In this document: positions 39,103 through 49,350 of the stretch, piece by piece
Layout of the letters: each line of letters begins with the position of its first letter
Numbering within the stretch: the first letter of the stretch is position 1
Assembly: GCA_963778655.1 (NCBI GenBank)
Contig: CAVZVA010000010.1
Span: 192,001-256,000, forward strand
Source: an uncultured delta proteobacterium
Lineage (GTDB): Bacteria > Myxococcota_A > Polyangia > Polyangiales > JAFGIB01
Direction of reading: 5' to 3'
Length of the DNA stretch: 64,000 bases
Notes under the pieces: model-generated
What the model was told of the DNA's origin: nothing
The model's database searches: none
What the model saw: the letters and a program-made list of their open reading frames with translations, nothing else
Program-made: the position numbers and the translations under genes

Positions 39103-41463
39103 ATGCGGGCGAAGAGGGCGAGGGTGCTCGGCCTGCTCGCGGCGGCGGTGTTGCTGGCGCCGCGCGCGCAGCGCTCGGGTGCGTTCGCCGAAGCAGACGC
39201 GCCGCCCGAGCCGCCCCCGGCCCCGTCGCCGCCGCCCGCGCGGCCGCCGCCGCCGCTCGGCGATGCGGCCAGCGGGTACGACCCGGCGTGCGTGCAGCTC
39301 GACCCGGCGAGCCCCGAGCAGCGCATGCGCGACGCGCTGGCTGAGGGCGACAAGGAGCAGGCGCGCGTGCTGGGCGAGGCCGCGCTGGCAGGCGCGGATC
39401 CCGAAGCGCGCGGGCGACTGCTGTGGCTGCTCTCGCAGGCCGAGCCGAGCGAGGAGGCCAGCGAGAGCCAGCTCGCGGCGCTGTCGGTCAGCGCGCACCA
39501 GCTCGCGCGCTGGGCAGCGCTGCGCTTGGGGGAGAGCCTGCTGGCGGCGAAGCCAGCCGAAGCGGCCAAGACCGCGGCCAACCTGACCGCGGGCTGGCCG
39601 GGCGCGCACGAGGCCCGCGTGCTGCTGGCGCGCGCCTATCACATGAGCGGCCAGGACGCCGCCGCCGAGCCGCTGTTGCGCGCGCTGCTGGCGCAGGCCT
39701 CGGATCACGCCGCGGCCGCCGCGGTGGCGTTGCCGCTGGCCGACATCATGGCCGACCGCGGGACCAAGGACAGCCTGCGTGAGGCGCTGCAGCTCTACCG
39801 CCGCGTGGGCGCGCGTGCAGCCGGCACCACGCTGGGCGAGCGGGCCGACGCGCTCGCGAGCAAGCTCTGGAAGCGCATGCCGCGACGCGCGCGCGCGGGG
39901 CTGTGGGCGCCCGATCCGGACGACGAGCTGGCGCGCGGCCAAGCGTTGATGCACCGCCACCGTTACGCGCAGGCGCAGCGCGTGTACGAGAAGCTGGCGG
40001 CTCGCGCCGGACGCGATGCGGCGCTGCGCTGCCAGGCGGGCCTGCAGGTGGGGCGCGCGCTGTACTCGGGGCGCGAGCGCGAGCAAGCGGCCAAGCGCCT
40101 CGACCGGCTGGCGCGCCGCTGCAAGGACCCCGAGATCAAGGCCTGGGCGCGCTACTACGCCGGCAGCGCGCGCCAGCGCACCGCCGACCCCAAGGGCGCG
40201 ATCGCCGAGTACGAAGCGCTGGTGCGCGAGGTGCCGCAGCACTCGCTCGCGGACGACGCGCTGCTGCGCGAGGCCGACGCGCTGCGCGACGCCGATGACG
40301 CGCCGGCGGCGCGCCGCACGCTGGAGCGGCTGCTCGACCGCTATCCGCACGGCGACATGCACGCGCAGGCACGCTTCGCACTGGCGCTTGACGCACACGA
40401 CCGCGGCGACCACAGCGCGGCGCTGGAGCAGCTGGAGCAGCTGCGCGGCGACGACGACGACGCCTCGGTGGAGGGCCGCGAGGGACGCAGCGACTACTGG
40501 CGCGCGCGCACGCTGCAGGCGCTCGGGCGGCTCGACCAGGCCAAGGCCGCGTACACCGAGCTGGTGCGCGCGTGGCCGCTCAGCTACCACGCGCAGCAGG
40601 CGCTGGCGCGGCTGCACGAGCTCGACCCCGCGGCGGAGGCCGCGCTGCTCGGCGAGCTCGCGGACGCGGATGCGCCCGAGCAGCCGCTGCGCTTCGCCTG
40701 GCGCGCGGAGCTGGAAGCGCCGGGCTTCCGCACCGCGGTGGAGCTACTGCGCGTGGGCGAGGCCGACCTGGCGCAGCGCGAGCTGAACGCGCTCGGCCTG
40801 CTCAAGCGCGGCGCGGACCCCGAGCTGCTGTGGCTGGTGGCCGCAACCCTGCACGAGGCGCGCGCGTACACGGACGCCAGCCGGCTGGTGCGCGGCCGGC
40901 TGCGCTCGTTCCGCACGCAGCTGCCGCGGGGGCGCGAGCACCAGCTGTGGCGCATCGCCTATCCGCTGGCGTTCAGCCCGCTGATCGAGCAGGTCGCGGG
41001 CGAGGCCCACGTGCCGCCGGAGCTGGTGCGCGCGATCGCGCGCGAGGAGAGCGACTTCAATCCCGAGGCGGTGAGCCCGGCGCTGGCCTACGGCCTGATC
41101 CAGGTGATCGTGCCGACCGCGCGCGTGCACGCCAAGCCGCTCGGGCTGCCGAGCGATCCCGACTCGCTCAAGCGCCCCGAGGTCAACCTGCGCATCGGAG
41201 CCCACTTCATCGAGGATCTGCTGCAGCGCTACGGCTCCGACGCGGCGATCGTGCCGGCCGCCTACAACGCCGGCCACTTGGCGGCCGACCGCTGGCTGCG
41301 CGAAGGCCAGCAGCGGCAGCTAGACGAGTGGATCGAGCACATTCCCTACCGCGAGACGCGGCGCTACACGCGACGCGTGCTGCAGTCCTACGGCATCTAC
41401 TGCTGGCTCGACCACGGCAAGCTGAAGCCGCTACCGGCGGCGCTGCCTGCGGCCGCGATGTAA
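39103..41463 (+). CDS. TPR-containing lytic transglycosylase (SLT domain)
   Basis: AIAREESDF..SPALAYGLIQV, AAYNAG, IPYRETRRY; the ORF-track 5' extension is just the repeat. Confidence 0.93.
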   Translation: MRAKRARVLGLLAAAVLLAPRAQRSGAFAEADAPPEPPPAPSPPPARPPPPLGDAASGYDPACVQLDPASPEQRMRDALAEGDKEQARVLGEAALAGADPEARGRLLWLLSQAEPSEEASESQLAALSVSAHQLARWAALRLGESLLAAKPAEAAKTAANLTAGWPGAHEARVLLARAYHMSGQDAAAEPLLRALLAQASDHAAAAAVALPLADIMADRGTKDSLREALQLYRRVGARAAGTTLGERADALASKLWKRMPRRARAGLWAPDPDDELARGQALMHRHRYAQAQRVYEKLAARAGRDAALRCQAGLQVGRALYSGREREQAAKRLDRLARRCKDPEIKAWARYYAGSARQRTADPKGAIAEYEALVREVPQHSLADDALLREADALRDADDAPAARRTLERLLDRYPHGDMHAQARFALALDAHDRGDHSAALEQLEQLRGDDDDASVEGREGRSDYWRARTLQALGRLDQAKAAYTELVRAWPLSYHAQQALARLHELDPAAEAALLGELADADAPEQPLRFAWRAELEAPGFRTAVELLRVGEADLAQRELNALGLLKRGADPELLWLVAATLHEARAYTDASRLVRGRLRSFRTQLPRGREHQLWRIAYPLAFSPLIEQVAGEAHVPPELVRAIAREESDFNPEAVSPALAYGLIQVIVPTARVHAKPLGLPSDPDSLKRPEVNLRIGAHFIEDLLQRYGSDAAIVPAAYNAGHLAADRWLREGQQRQLDEWIEHIPYRETRRYTRRVLQSYGIYCWLDHGKLKPLPAALPAAAM

Positions 41464-41531
41464 GGCAGCGCAGTCGGCGGCTCTTGCCGTCTTCTCGCTT
41501 TCCTGTTGTCTTGAAATTCGGTGGGCGGCGA

Positions 41532-42611
41532 TCAGCCCGACTTGTCATGCGACTTGTCGTGCAGCTCTTCGGCCAGCTCTTCGAGCAGCTTGCGCGCCTT
41601 GCGCGAGAGCTTCTTGGGCACGGCGAGCTGCACCAGCACGATCAGATCACCACGGCCGCCCGAGTTGAGGTGCGGCACGCCCTTGCCGCGAACGCGCACG
41701 CTGTCGCCGGGCTGCACGCCGGCCGGCACCTTGACCTCGACCGGGCCCTCGTCGTCGAGGCTCGGCACCTCCAGCGCGGCGCCGAGCGCGGCTTGCACGA
41801 AGCTCAAGGTCAACGCGTGCAGGAGGTCGGAGCCTTCGCGCTCGAAACGCGGATCGGGCTCGACCTGCACGTCGACGTAGAGATGGCCCGCCGGGCCGCC
41901 CTGCATCCCGGAAAGACCTTGACCGGGCACGCGCAGGGTCTGGCCGTCGTCGATCCCCGCCGGGAAGGTGACCTTCACGCTGCGCTCGATTTCCACCTGG
42001 CCAGTGCCGTGGCAGCTCTTGCAGGGATGCTCGGCCACGCTGCCTACGCCGTGGCAACCGGGACAGGTGGTCTGCAGCAGGAACGGCCCGCGCGAGTGCG
42101 CGACCTGGCCGGCGCCCTTGCAGCGCGGGCACACGCTGCGCTGCCCGCCCTCGGCGCCGGTGCCGTTGCAGCTCTCGCACGGGCCCGGGTGGTGCAACGG
42201 CAGCTCGCGCTTGGTGCCGAACGCCGCGTCCTTGAGCGGTAGCCGCACCACCGTGCGCAGGTCCGCGCCGCGCTGCGGGCCGCCGCGGCGCGCGCCGCGA
42301 AAGCCGCCGCCGCCGAAGAAGTCGCTGAAGATGTCGCTGAACTGGCTGAAGATGTCCTGGATGTCGCCGAACCCCTGGCCCGCGCCGGAGACGCCGGCGT
42401 GCCCGAAGCGGTCGTAGCTGGCGCGCTTGTCGCCATCGCACAACACGGCGTAGGCCTCGGAGGCTTCCTTGAAGCACTCCTCGGCGTGGGCGTTGCCGGG
42501 ATTGCGGTCGGGGTGCAGCTCCAGCGCGAGCTTGCGATACGCGCGCTTGATCTCGCTCTCGGACGCCGAACGCTCGACGCCGAGCACCTCGTAGTAATCG
42601 CGTTTTGCCAT
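41532..42611 (-). CDS. dnaJ: Chaperone DnaJ
   Basis: KRDYYEVLGV, HPD, G/F region, four CxxCxGxG motifs. Confidence 0.97.
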   Translation of the reverse strand: MAKRDYYEVLGVERSASESEIKRAYRKLALELHPDRNPGNAHAEECFKEASEAYAVLCDGDKRASYDRFGHAGVSGAGQGFGDIQDIFSQFSDIFSDFFGGGGFRGARRGGPQRGADLRTVVRLPLKDAAFGTKRELPLHHPGPCESCNGTGAEGGQRSVCPRCKGAGQVAHSRGPFLLQTTCPGCHGVGSVAEHPCKSCHGTGQVEIERSVKVTFPAGIDDGQTLRVPGQGLSGMQGGPAGHLYVDVQVEPDPRFEREGSDLLHALTLSFVQAALGAALEVPSLDDEGPVEVKVPAGVQPGDSVRVRGKGVPHLNSGGRGDLIVLVQLAVPKKLSRKARKLLEELAEELHDKSHDKSG

Positions 42612-42812
42612 GTCAGCCCGGGGAGCCCGGCGGCTCTGCGCAGGCCGAGCACGCAGGCCGACCGCGCAGGCCGACCGCGCCGGCCAAAGCGCCGGCAGCA
42701 AGATAAGTCGCGGCCGGCATGGGTCAAGGTTCTGCTCCGGCTGCGCACCTGTGCACATGATCAGCTCGGCCCGCGAGCGCCGGCGGCCGGGGCGGCGCAT
42801 ACTCGGCCCGTC

Positions 42813-43961
42813 GTGTCGACCTCGGTGTACGTGCACTTCCCGTGGTGCCTGCAGAAATGCCCGTACTGCGACTTCGCCTCGGCGACCATCCGCCGCCCCG
42901 AAGTCCCGCACCAGGCCTATGCCGACGCGGTGCTGGCGGAGCTCGGCTGGCGGGCACCCGCGCTCGGGAGCGAGACCCTGTCGTCGGTGTTCTTCGGCGG
43001 CGGCACCCCGTCGCTGTGGGCGCCGGAGCAGCTTGGCCGGGTGCTGGACGCGGTGCGGCGCGCATTCGGGCGCGAGGCCGATGCGCTCGAGGTGAGCGTC
43101 GAGTGCAACCCCTCCTCGCTCGATCGCGCGCGGGCGCGCGCGCTGCGAGAGACCGGCGTGAACCGGCTGTCGATCGGGGTGCAGGCGCTCGACGACGCAC
43201 AGCTGCGCTTTCTCGGTCGCGTGCACGACGCGCAAGCCGCCCTGCGCGCGGTGCAGGACGCGCTGCTCGAGCTGCCGCGGGTGAGCGCGGATCTGATCTT
43301 CGGGCTGCCCGGCCAAGCGCCCGAGGACGCGGCGGCGCAGGCGCGCACGCTGGTCGGGCTCGGCCTCGCGCACCTGTCGGTCTACTCGCTCACGATCGAG
43401 CCGGACACCCAGTTCGGCCAGCTGCACCGCAAGGGGCGGCTGCCGCTGGCGCGGGAGGACGACGTCGCCGCGGCCTTCGACGCCATCTCGGCGCTGCTGC
43501 GCGAGCAGGGCTTCGAGCACTACGAGGTCTCCAACTATGCGCGCGCGGGCGAGCGCGCGCGCCACAACGAGCACTACTGGCGAGGCGGCGCGTACCTGGG
43601 GCTGGGCGCCGGCGCGGTCGGCTGTCTGCACGCGGAGCCGGGTCGCGCGCGCCGCTACCGCAACCAGCCGCGCCCCGAGGGCTACCTCGCGCAGAGCGCG
43701 AGCGCCGCGGTCGAGGTGTTCGAGGAGCAGCTCGGCCCAAAGGAGCTGGCGCGCGAGCAGCTGATGCTCGGCCTGCGCACGGCCGACGGCGTCGACCTGG
43801 CGCGCGCGCGGGCACACAGCGGCGTAGACATCGCGCACGGCCGGCAGCAGGCGCTGCGCCGCGGCGCCGAGCGCGGCGAGCTGTTGATCGAGGCGGGCGC
43901 GCTGCGCGTGCCGCGCGCGCGCTGGCTGCACCTGGACTCGATCATCGCCAACGTGTTCTGA
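42813..43961 (+). CDS. hemW: Radical SAM heme chaperone HemW
   Basis: YVHFPWCLQKCPYCDF, GGGTPS, YEVSNYA, HNEHYW. Confidence 0.93.
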   Translation: MSTSVYVHFPWCLQKCPYCDFASATIRRPEVPHQAYADAVLAELGWRAPALGSETLSSVFFGGGTPSLWAPEQLGRVLDAVRRAFGREADALEVSVECNPSSLDRARARALRETGVNRLSIGVQALDDAQLRFLGRVHDAQAALRAVQDALLELPRVSADLIFGLPGQAPEDAAAQARTLVGLGLAHLSVYSLTIEPDTQFGQLHRKGRLPLAREDDVAAAFDAISALLREQGFEHYEVSNYARAGERARHNEHYWRGGAYLGLGAGAVGCLHAEPGRARRYRNQPRPEGYLAQSASAAVEVFEEQLGPKELAREQLMLGLRTADGVDLARARAHSGVDIAHGRQQALRRGAERGELLIEAGALRVPRARWLHLDSIIANVF

Positions 43962-43970
43962 CTCGGGCCG

Positions 43971-44459
43971 CTACTTGCGCTCTAGCGTCACCCAGGTCAG
44001 ACCCTCGCCGCGGCGGCGCTCGACTTCCCGCCACTCGCCCTTGTCGATCTCGGGGAAGTAGCAGTCGCCTTCGTGCTCGTCGTCGAGGTAGGTCAGCAGC
44101 AGGCGCGTGGCCAGCGGCAGCGCGGCGGCGTAGATCTGCGCGCCCCCCAGCACGCGCGGCTCCTCATCCTGCTCGCGCGCCAGCTCGATCGCGCGCGCCA
44201 AGCTATCCACCACCTCGCAGCCGGGCAGCTGCAGCGCGGGATTGCGGCTGATCACGATGTTGCGGCGTTTGGCCAGCGGCTTGCCGATCGAGTCGTAGGT
44301 GGCGCGGCCCATGATCACGGCATGGCCCTTGGTCACGCGGCGGAAGTGCTGCATGTCCTCGGCAAAGTGCCAGGGAATGCCTCCGTCGCGCCCGATCACC
44401 CGGTTGGGGGTCAACGCAGCAACGAGAGCTAGCGGCTTGCGGGAGGACGCGGTGGTCAT
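43971..44459 (-). CDS. folA: Dihydrofolate reductase
   Basis: VIG..GGIPW..ED, IMGRATYDSIGKPL..RRNIVISR, GGAQIY. Confidence 0.96.
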   Translation of the reverse strand: MTTASSRKPLALVAALTPNRVIGRDGGIPWHFAEDMQHFRRVTKGHAVIMGRATYDSIGKPLAKRRNIVISRNPALQLPGCEVVDSLARAIELAREQDEEPRVLGGAQIYAAALPLATRLLLTYLDDEHEGDCYFPEIDKGEWREVERRRGEGLTWVTLERK

Positions 44460-44507
44460 TGCAGTCGGAGCGACAAATCTCGCGGCAGGGGCGCGCGCGC
44501 GTTTCGG

Positions 44508-45350
44508 TCACACCGCGACCTCGGCCTTGATGCGCGGGTGCGGCTGGTAGCCCTCCAGCTTGAAGTCCTCATAGCCGAAGGTGAACAGGTCCCGCACCTC
44601 GGGGTTGAGGCGCAGCGTGGGCAGCGGGCGCGGCTCGCGCGACAGCTGCAGCCGCGCCTGCTCCAGGTGGTTGTTGTACAGGTGCGCGTCGCCGAAGGTG
44701 TGGACGAATTCGCCGGGCTGCAGCCCGCTCACCTGCGCCAGCATCAAGGTCAGCAGGGCGTAGCTCGCGACGTTGAACGGCACGCCCAGAAAGATGTCAG
44801 CACTGCGCTGGTAGAGCTGGCAGCTCAGCGCACCGTCCTGCACGTAGAGCTGGAACAGCGTGTGGCAGGGCGGCAGCTCCACCTGCTCGGCCTCCTTGGG
44901 GTTCCAGCCGCTCACGATCAGACGGCGGCTGCTGGGGTTTTCGCGCAGCTGCTGCAGCACGCTGGCGATCTGGTCGACTCCGTCGCGGGCATAGCTGCCG
45001 TCGAGCCGCAGGCTGGCGCCGAAGTTGCGCCACTGGTGGCCGTAGACGGGCCCGAGATCGCCGGGGGCGCGGCCGAACTTCGCGCACTGCTCGGGCGTGG
45101 CCCACTCGTCCCAGATCGTGACCTTGTGCTGGTGCAGGTAGTCGACGTGGGTGTCGCCGCGCAGAAACCACAGCAGCTCGTAGATGATCGAGCGCAGGTG
45201 CAGCTTCTTGGTGGTCAGCAGCGGAAACCCGTCGCGCAGGTCCAGCCGCAGCTGGTAGCCGAAGATGCCGCGGGTGCCGACGCCGGTGCGGTCGGGGCGC
45301 TCGCGTCCGTGCTCGAGCGCAGTCCTGAGCAGATCGAGATAGGCCTTCAC
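44508..45350 (-). CDS. thyA: Thymidylate synthase
   Basis: [36 protein letters not shown]. Confidence 0.97.
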   Translation of the reverse strand: MKAYLDLLRTALEHGRERPDRTGVGTRGIFGYQLRLDLRDGFPLLTTKKLHLRSIIYELLWFLRGDTHVDYLHQHKVTIWDEWATPEQCAKFGRAPGDLGPVYGHQWRNFGASLRLDGSYARDGVDQIASVLQQLRENPSSRRLIVSGWNPKEAEQVELPPCHTLFQLYVQDGALSCQLYQRSADIFLGVPFNVASYALLTLMLAQVSGLQPGEFVHTFGDAHLYNNHLEQARLQLSREPRPLPTLRLNPEVRDLFTFGYEDFKLEGYQPHPRIKAEVAV

Positions 45351-45397
45351 GTCGCGTCCTGGGCGGGAGCATACCCGCGCACGTGCCATAGCTTAAC

Positions 45398-45525
45398 CCC
45401 GGGAGGGTCGAGCGACCCTCCCGCCCCACCCTGGTTTGATGACGGGAGGGGCACTGAGGGGCGCGCGCCCCGCCCGTCGGGCAAAGCTCGCCGGGGCCCA
45501 CCCTCCTGCGCGGTTCGCTTCGCTC
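45398..45525. repeat. Dispersed variant of the REP-like unit
   Basis: GGGAGGGTCGAGCGACCCTCCCGCCCCACC and GGGCCCACCCTCC..GCG..TCGCT.CGCT are shared with the 104-bp units. Confidence 0.7.
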
Positions 45526-45619
45526 AGCTGCGTCGCGGCGACGGGTTGCGCCGACCGGGCGCTTAGCATTCGTGGAAAATTCCCCCAAAGGGGGGGCGCT
45601 GGCATTAATCTCGGCCACG

Positions 45620-46276
45620 GTGACGCTCGACTTCGACCGGATCGAGGTGCGGGACCTGGTCAAGCTCTACGGGCCGACCCGGGCGCTGGCGGGTGTGCGC
45701 CTGACGCTGGCCGCGGGCGAGATCACCGCGATCGAGGGTCCCAACGGCTCGGGCAAGAGCACGCTGCTCAACGTGCTGGCGCTGCTCAGCCGGCCCACCC
45801 GCGGCGAGCTGCGCTTCGGGCAGCACGATCCGCAGCGGGCCACCGCGCTGCGCGCGCGGATCGGATTGGTGGCGCACGCGGCCATGGTCTATCCGGACCT
45901 GACGGGTCACGAGAACCTCGCGCTCACCGCGCAGCTCTACGGCCTGGGCGGCAGCGCGCCCGCGCAGCGGCTCGAGCAGCGCTTCGAGCTGGGCGCGTTC
46001 ATGCAGCGTCCGGCGCGCACCTACTCGCGCGGCCAGCTGCAGCGGCTGTCGCTGGCGCGCGCGCTGCTGCCCGCACCGCGCCTGCTGCTGCTGGACGAGC
46101 CCTCGACCGGGCTGGACGCGCGCGGGCTCGAGCGCCTGGTCGAGGCGATGCGGGCCGAGCGCGCGCGCGGCGCGATCGTGGCCCTCGTCACCCACGACGC
46201 GGCGCTGGCCGCAGCCGTCGCCGATCGGCGCGTGCTGCTGGAGCGCGGGCGCATGGTGGCCGAGGGCCCGTCGTGA
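45620..46276 (+). CDS. ccmA: Heme exporter ATP-binding protein CcmA
   Basis: GPNGSGKS, YSRGQLQRL, LLLDEP; overlaps ccmB (GTGA). Confidence 0.88.
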   Translation: MTLDFDRIEVRDLVKLYGPTRALAGVRLTLAAGEITAIEGPNGSGKSTLLNVLALLSRPTRGELRFGQHDPQRATALRARIGLVAHAAMVYPDLTGHENLALTAQLYGLGGSAPAQRLEQRFELGAFMQRPARTYSRGQLQRLSLARALLPAPRLLLLDEPSTGLDARGLERLVEAMRAERARGAIVALVTHDAALAAAVADRRVLLERGRMVAEGPS

Positions 46277-46953
46277 GAGCGCTGCTGCGAGCAAGCTTCT
46301 GGCTGCTGCGCAAGGAGCTGCGCGTGGAGCTGCGAACCGGCGAGATCGTGGTGACCACGGCGCTGTTTGCCACGCTGGTGGCGGTGCTGGCGTCGCTGTC
46401 GTTCTACATCGACCCGCACAGCGGACCGCTGGTGGCGCCGGGCGTGCTGTGGATCGCGATCACCTTCGCGGGTGTGTTGGCGATGGGGCGCAGCTGGAAC
46501 CGCGAGCGCGAGCACGAAGTGTTCCGCGCGCTGCTGCTGGCGCCGGTGCCGCGCGCCGCGCTCTACCTGAGCAAGGTGCTGGCAAGCGTGGTGTTCCTGC
46601 TGGTGGTCGAGAGCGTGCTGGTGCTCGAAGTCGCGGTGCTGTTCGATCTCGCGCTCTTTCCGGTGTTCGGCCCGCTGTGCGCGCTGCTGCTGCTGGGCAC
46701 GCTGGGCTTCGCCGTCACCGGCAACCTGTTTGCCGCGCTCGGCCTGCGCACGCGCGCCCGCGAGATGATGCTCGCGGTGGTGGTGCTGCCGGTGGTGGCG
46801 CCCGCGCTGCTGTGCGGGGTGGTGGCCACGCGCGAGCTGCTCGCCGGCGCGCCGTTCTCCGAGCTCTACGGCTGGCTCGCGCTGCTGGGCGCCTTCGACC
46901 TCGGCTTCGCCGCGGCCGGCGTGGCGCTGTTCGAGCCGCTGATCTCCGACTGA
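46273..46953 (+). CDS. ccmB: Heme exporter permease CcmB
   Basis: KELRVELRT, APGVLWIA..F, WNRERE, LLLAPV, P...P pattern, about 6 TM. Confidence 0.88.
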   Translation: MRALLRASFWLLRKELRVELRTGEIVVTTALFATLVAVLASLSFYIDPHSGPLVAPGVLWIAITFAGVLAMGRSWNREREHEVFRALLLAPVPRAALYLSKVLASVVFLLVVESVLVLEVAVLFDLALFPVFGPLCALLLLGTLGFAVTGNLFAALGLRTRAREMMLAVVVLPVVAPALLCGVVATRELLAGAPFSELYGWLALLGAFDLGFAAAGVALFEPLISD

Positions 46954-46997
46954 GCGCTTCGGCTAGATGCTCGAACGCGGGGCGAGACCGGGCCGCC

Positions 46998-48095
46998 CTA
47001 CTGGTAGGTGGCCGAGAACAGAATCGCCCAGTCGAACGAATTGTAGCGCACGCCGCTGTCGCTGACGTGGGTGTACCAGAAGCGAACCGCAGGCCCCAGG
47101 CCCCAGTCGTCGCCGACCCAGAATTCCTTGCCCAGATCGAAGTTGAGGCCGAGGCCGCTGTGGGTGTCGCGGGCGTTCTTGCCGTCGGTGAACGAAATGC
47201 TCGACAACCCGATCGCCGCGGTCAGGTAGAGATCGACCGGCATGAAATAATAGGTGAGCGCGGGCCCGAACAGGGTCAGCGCGACGCTCGAGTCCTTGCG
47301 CTTGCCGATGTTCCTGCCGTCCAGGCTGGGGTTGATCTCGCCGGTCGCGTTGGCGGCCAGGCGCGCATGAATCACCAGGTTGTCGATCGGCGAGGCCCCG
47401 ATATCGAGGCTGAAGTGCCCCGCGCCCGACGAGATCTCGAGCGAGTGCCCGGTGCTGCCGTAGAGCTCGAACGCCGCGCCGTCGGTCTTGCCCGTCAGGT
47501 GGTCGCCGCCGAAGCCGAGCGTGAGCCGTAGCATGAAGCCGTCGTGGCGTTGCGCGCCGGGCGGGGGTGGCGGCGGCGGGCGCCCTGCGAACAGCGACAT
47601 CTGGGCGGCTTCGCACTCGCCGTGGACATTGCAGCGCTCGCCCGCGCCGCAAGCCGGGTTGCACAGCGACAGGCAGCGGCCCTCGAAGCAGCCGAAGCCC
47701 TCGCGACAGGCGGGCGTACAGCTCGCAGCCACGACCGGCGGCGGCGGCGCGATGGTCGCCGCGACGGGGGGCGCGGGTGCAGGCGTCTCGGGCGCCGCAG
47801 CGGGCAATTGCGACGCGCTGCTGACGCTGGCGGGCGGCGCGGCCGCCGCAGCGGGACTCGCAACCGGCGCCGCCGCGGGGGTGGCTGCGGGCTGCGCGGG
47901 TGCGGGCGCGGGCTGCGCGGCCGCGGCCGCAGCGGGCGGCGGGGGCGGCGGCAGGGCCGGCAGATCATCGCCGGGCGGCGCTTGGGCAGCGGCGCGGGCC
48001 GACGACGCGACGATCAATACCGCGGCCAGCGTGCAGACGCGAGCTGGCGAGCCCGAGCGCGTCCTTTCGATGGGGTCGCCAACACGTGTGCGCAT
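46998..48095 (-). CDS. Outer-membrane beta-barrel protein with Pro/Ala-rich and Cys-rich N-terminus
   Basis: HDGFMLRL start of barrel, alternating strands, GKEFWV, C-terminal SATYQ. Confidence 0.75.
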   Translation of the reverse strand: MRTRVGDPIERTRSGSPARVCTLAAVLIVASSARAAAQAPPGDDLPALPPPPPPAAAAAAQPAPAPAQPAATPAAAPVASPAAAAAPPASVSSASQLPAAAPETPAPAPPVAATIAPPPPVVAASCTPACREGFGCFEGRCLSLCNPACGAGERCNVHGECEAAQMSLFAGRPPPPPPPGAQRHDGFMLRLTLGFGGDHLTGKTDGAAFELYGSTGHSLEISSGAGHFSLDIGASPIDNLVIHARLAANATGEINPSLDGRNIGKRKDSSVALTLFGPALTYYFMPVDLYLTAAIGLSSISFTDGKNARDTHSGLGLNFDLGKEFWVGDDWGLGPAVRFWYTHVSDSGVRYNSFDWAILFSATYQ

Positions 48096-48400
48096 GCGAT
48101 CCGCTCCTGCCGCGGCCGCCGGCTGCCGCGGCACGGGCGCTGCAGACCGTACTGCGAAACCGCGGCCCGAGGAAACCGCCCCTTCGCGCCGTGCTCAGGG
48201 AGCGGGCGTCGCGCTGAACGGTCCGTCGCAATTCGCCTCGATCACGCCGAGCTCCAGCGAGCAAGCGCGCGTCGAGGCGGCGCGCTTCTTCGAACGCTAT
48301 CCGGAGATGCCGTATGGCGCGCGCATCCGCCGCGCGCTGCAGGCTCCCGGCGCAACGGCGGCGTCCCAGTGCTTGGCGGCCGCACGCGTGCGGCGCGACC

Positions 48401-48931
48401 TCAGCGGCTCAGCGCAGGCCAAGCAGCCGGCGCCCGCGCGTCGTCCTGCGGCGCGCGCGCCGGGGCAAGGCGAAACGCGTGCTTGGCCAACGCGTGCTCG
48501 AGCGTGTCCTCGATGTCGACGGGTAGGCCCATCGCCGTGACCAGACGCGCAGAGACTTCGACCACGCGCACGTAGTCGCTTCCCATGTGCCGGGAGGGAA
48601 CCAGCACCACGCGGCCGACGCGCGGCAGCACACGCGTCGCGTTGGCGATCAGCAGCGCGCGCGCGGTGGCGGCTCGGCCCGTCATGTTGCGCATGTCGAG
48701 CACCACGCGCAGGCCGCGCTGCGCGGGGAAGCGCCGGATCAAGCGCTCGAAGACGGGCCCGACCATCCACTCGACCATGCGCGTCGTGCCGCGCGCCTCG
48801 TGCGCAAACTGCAGCAGCATGCCCGCCGGCTCGACGAACCAACCGACCAGCGATCCCGAGTCGTCGACAACGTGCGGTGGCACGGCGAACGCGGGCGCGG
48901 GCGCGGGCGGATTATCGGGCGAATCGATCAT
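48401..48931 (-). CDS. Hypothetical protein (possible STAS/SEC14-like fold)
   Basis: VVLDMRNM...AR pattern; GGAGG upstream; codon bias. Confidence 0.55.
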   Translation of the reverse strand: MIDSPDNPPAPAPAFAVPPHVVDDSGSLVGWFVEPAGMLLQFAHEARGTTRMVEWMVGPVFERLIRRFPAQRGLRVVLDMRNMTGRAATARALLIANATRVLPRVGRVVLVPSRHMGSDYVRVVEVSARLVTAMGLPVDIEDTLEHALAKHAFRLAPARAPQDDARAPAAWPALSR

Positions 48932-49079
48932 GGCGGTAGGCGCGCTGTCGCCTCCGTGGAGATATCAATCCATTCGCCGCCACCGCGCAAGCCCCCGCGT
49001 GTCACGGGGCTTGGTGAGCACCGTGGTGGTTTGCTTGTCGTCGCGATCGCGCTGTTGGACCTTGTTGGCGTGTGCTTGG

Positions 49080-49118
49080 CTGGAGTTGGGCACTGGAGTT
49101 GGGCACTGGAGTTGGGCA
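49080..49118. repeat. Three perfect 13-bp tandem repeats CTGGAGTTGGGCA
   Basis: Direct reading; intergenic between divergent genes. Confidence 0.9.
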
Positions 49119-49350
49119 CTGCGCTGGCTTTGCCCGCGGACGGCACGGCGGCGGCCTTGGCGCGGTGCCCGAGCGGACAGATCGGATCGCGCGCGGCGCT
49201 GACCCGAAGCCGAACCGCCCCGAGGCGCCGAGAATCCAGTGAAATCGGCCACGTGGCGGGCTGCTCGGCACGCCTTCCGGCGGGGGTCTTCGCTTCAATC
49301 AAGTAGTGGTAGGGTATGCGCTGGGAACCACGAGCTGACGAGGACCGGCC

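Noticed and set aside
48250..48345. TPR-like tail (QARVEAARFFERYPEMPYGARIRRAL)
   Set aside because: About 30 codons with no start or context; at most a tiny remnant
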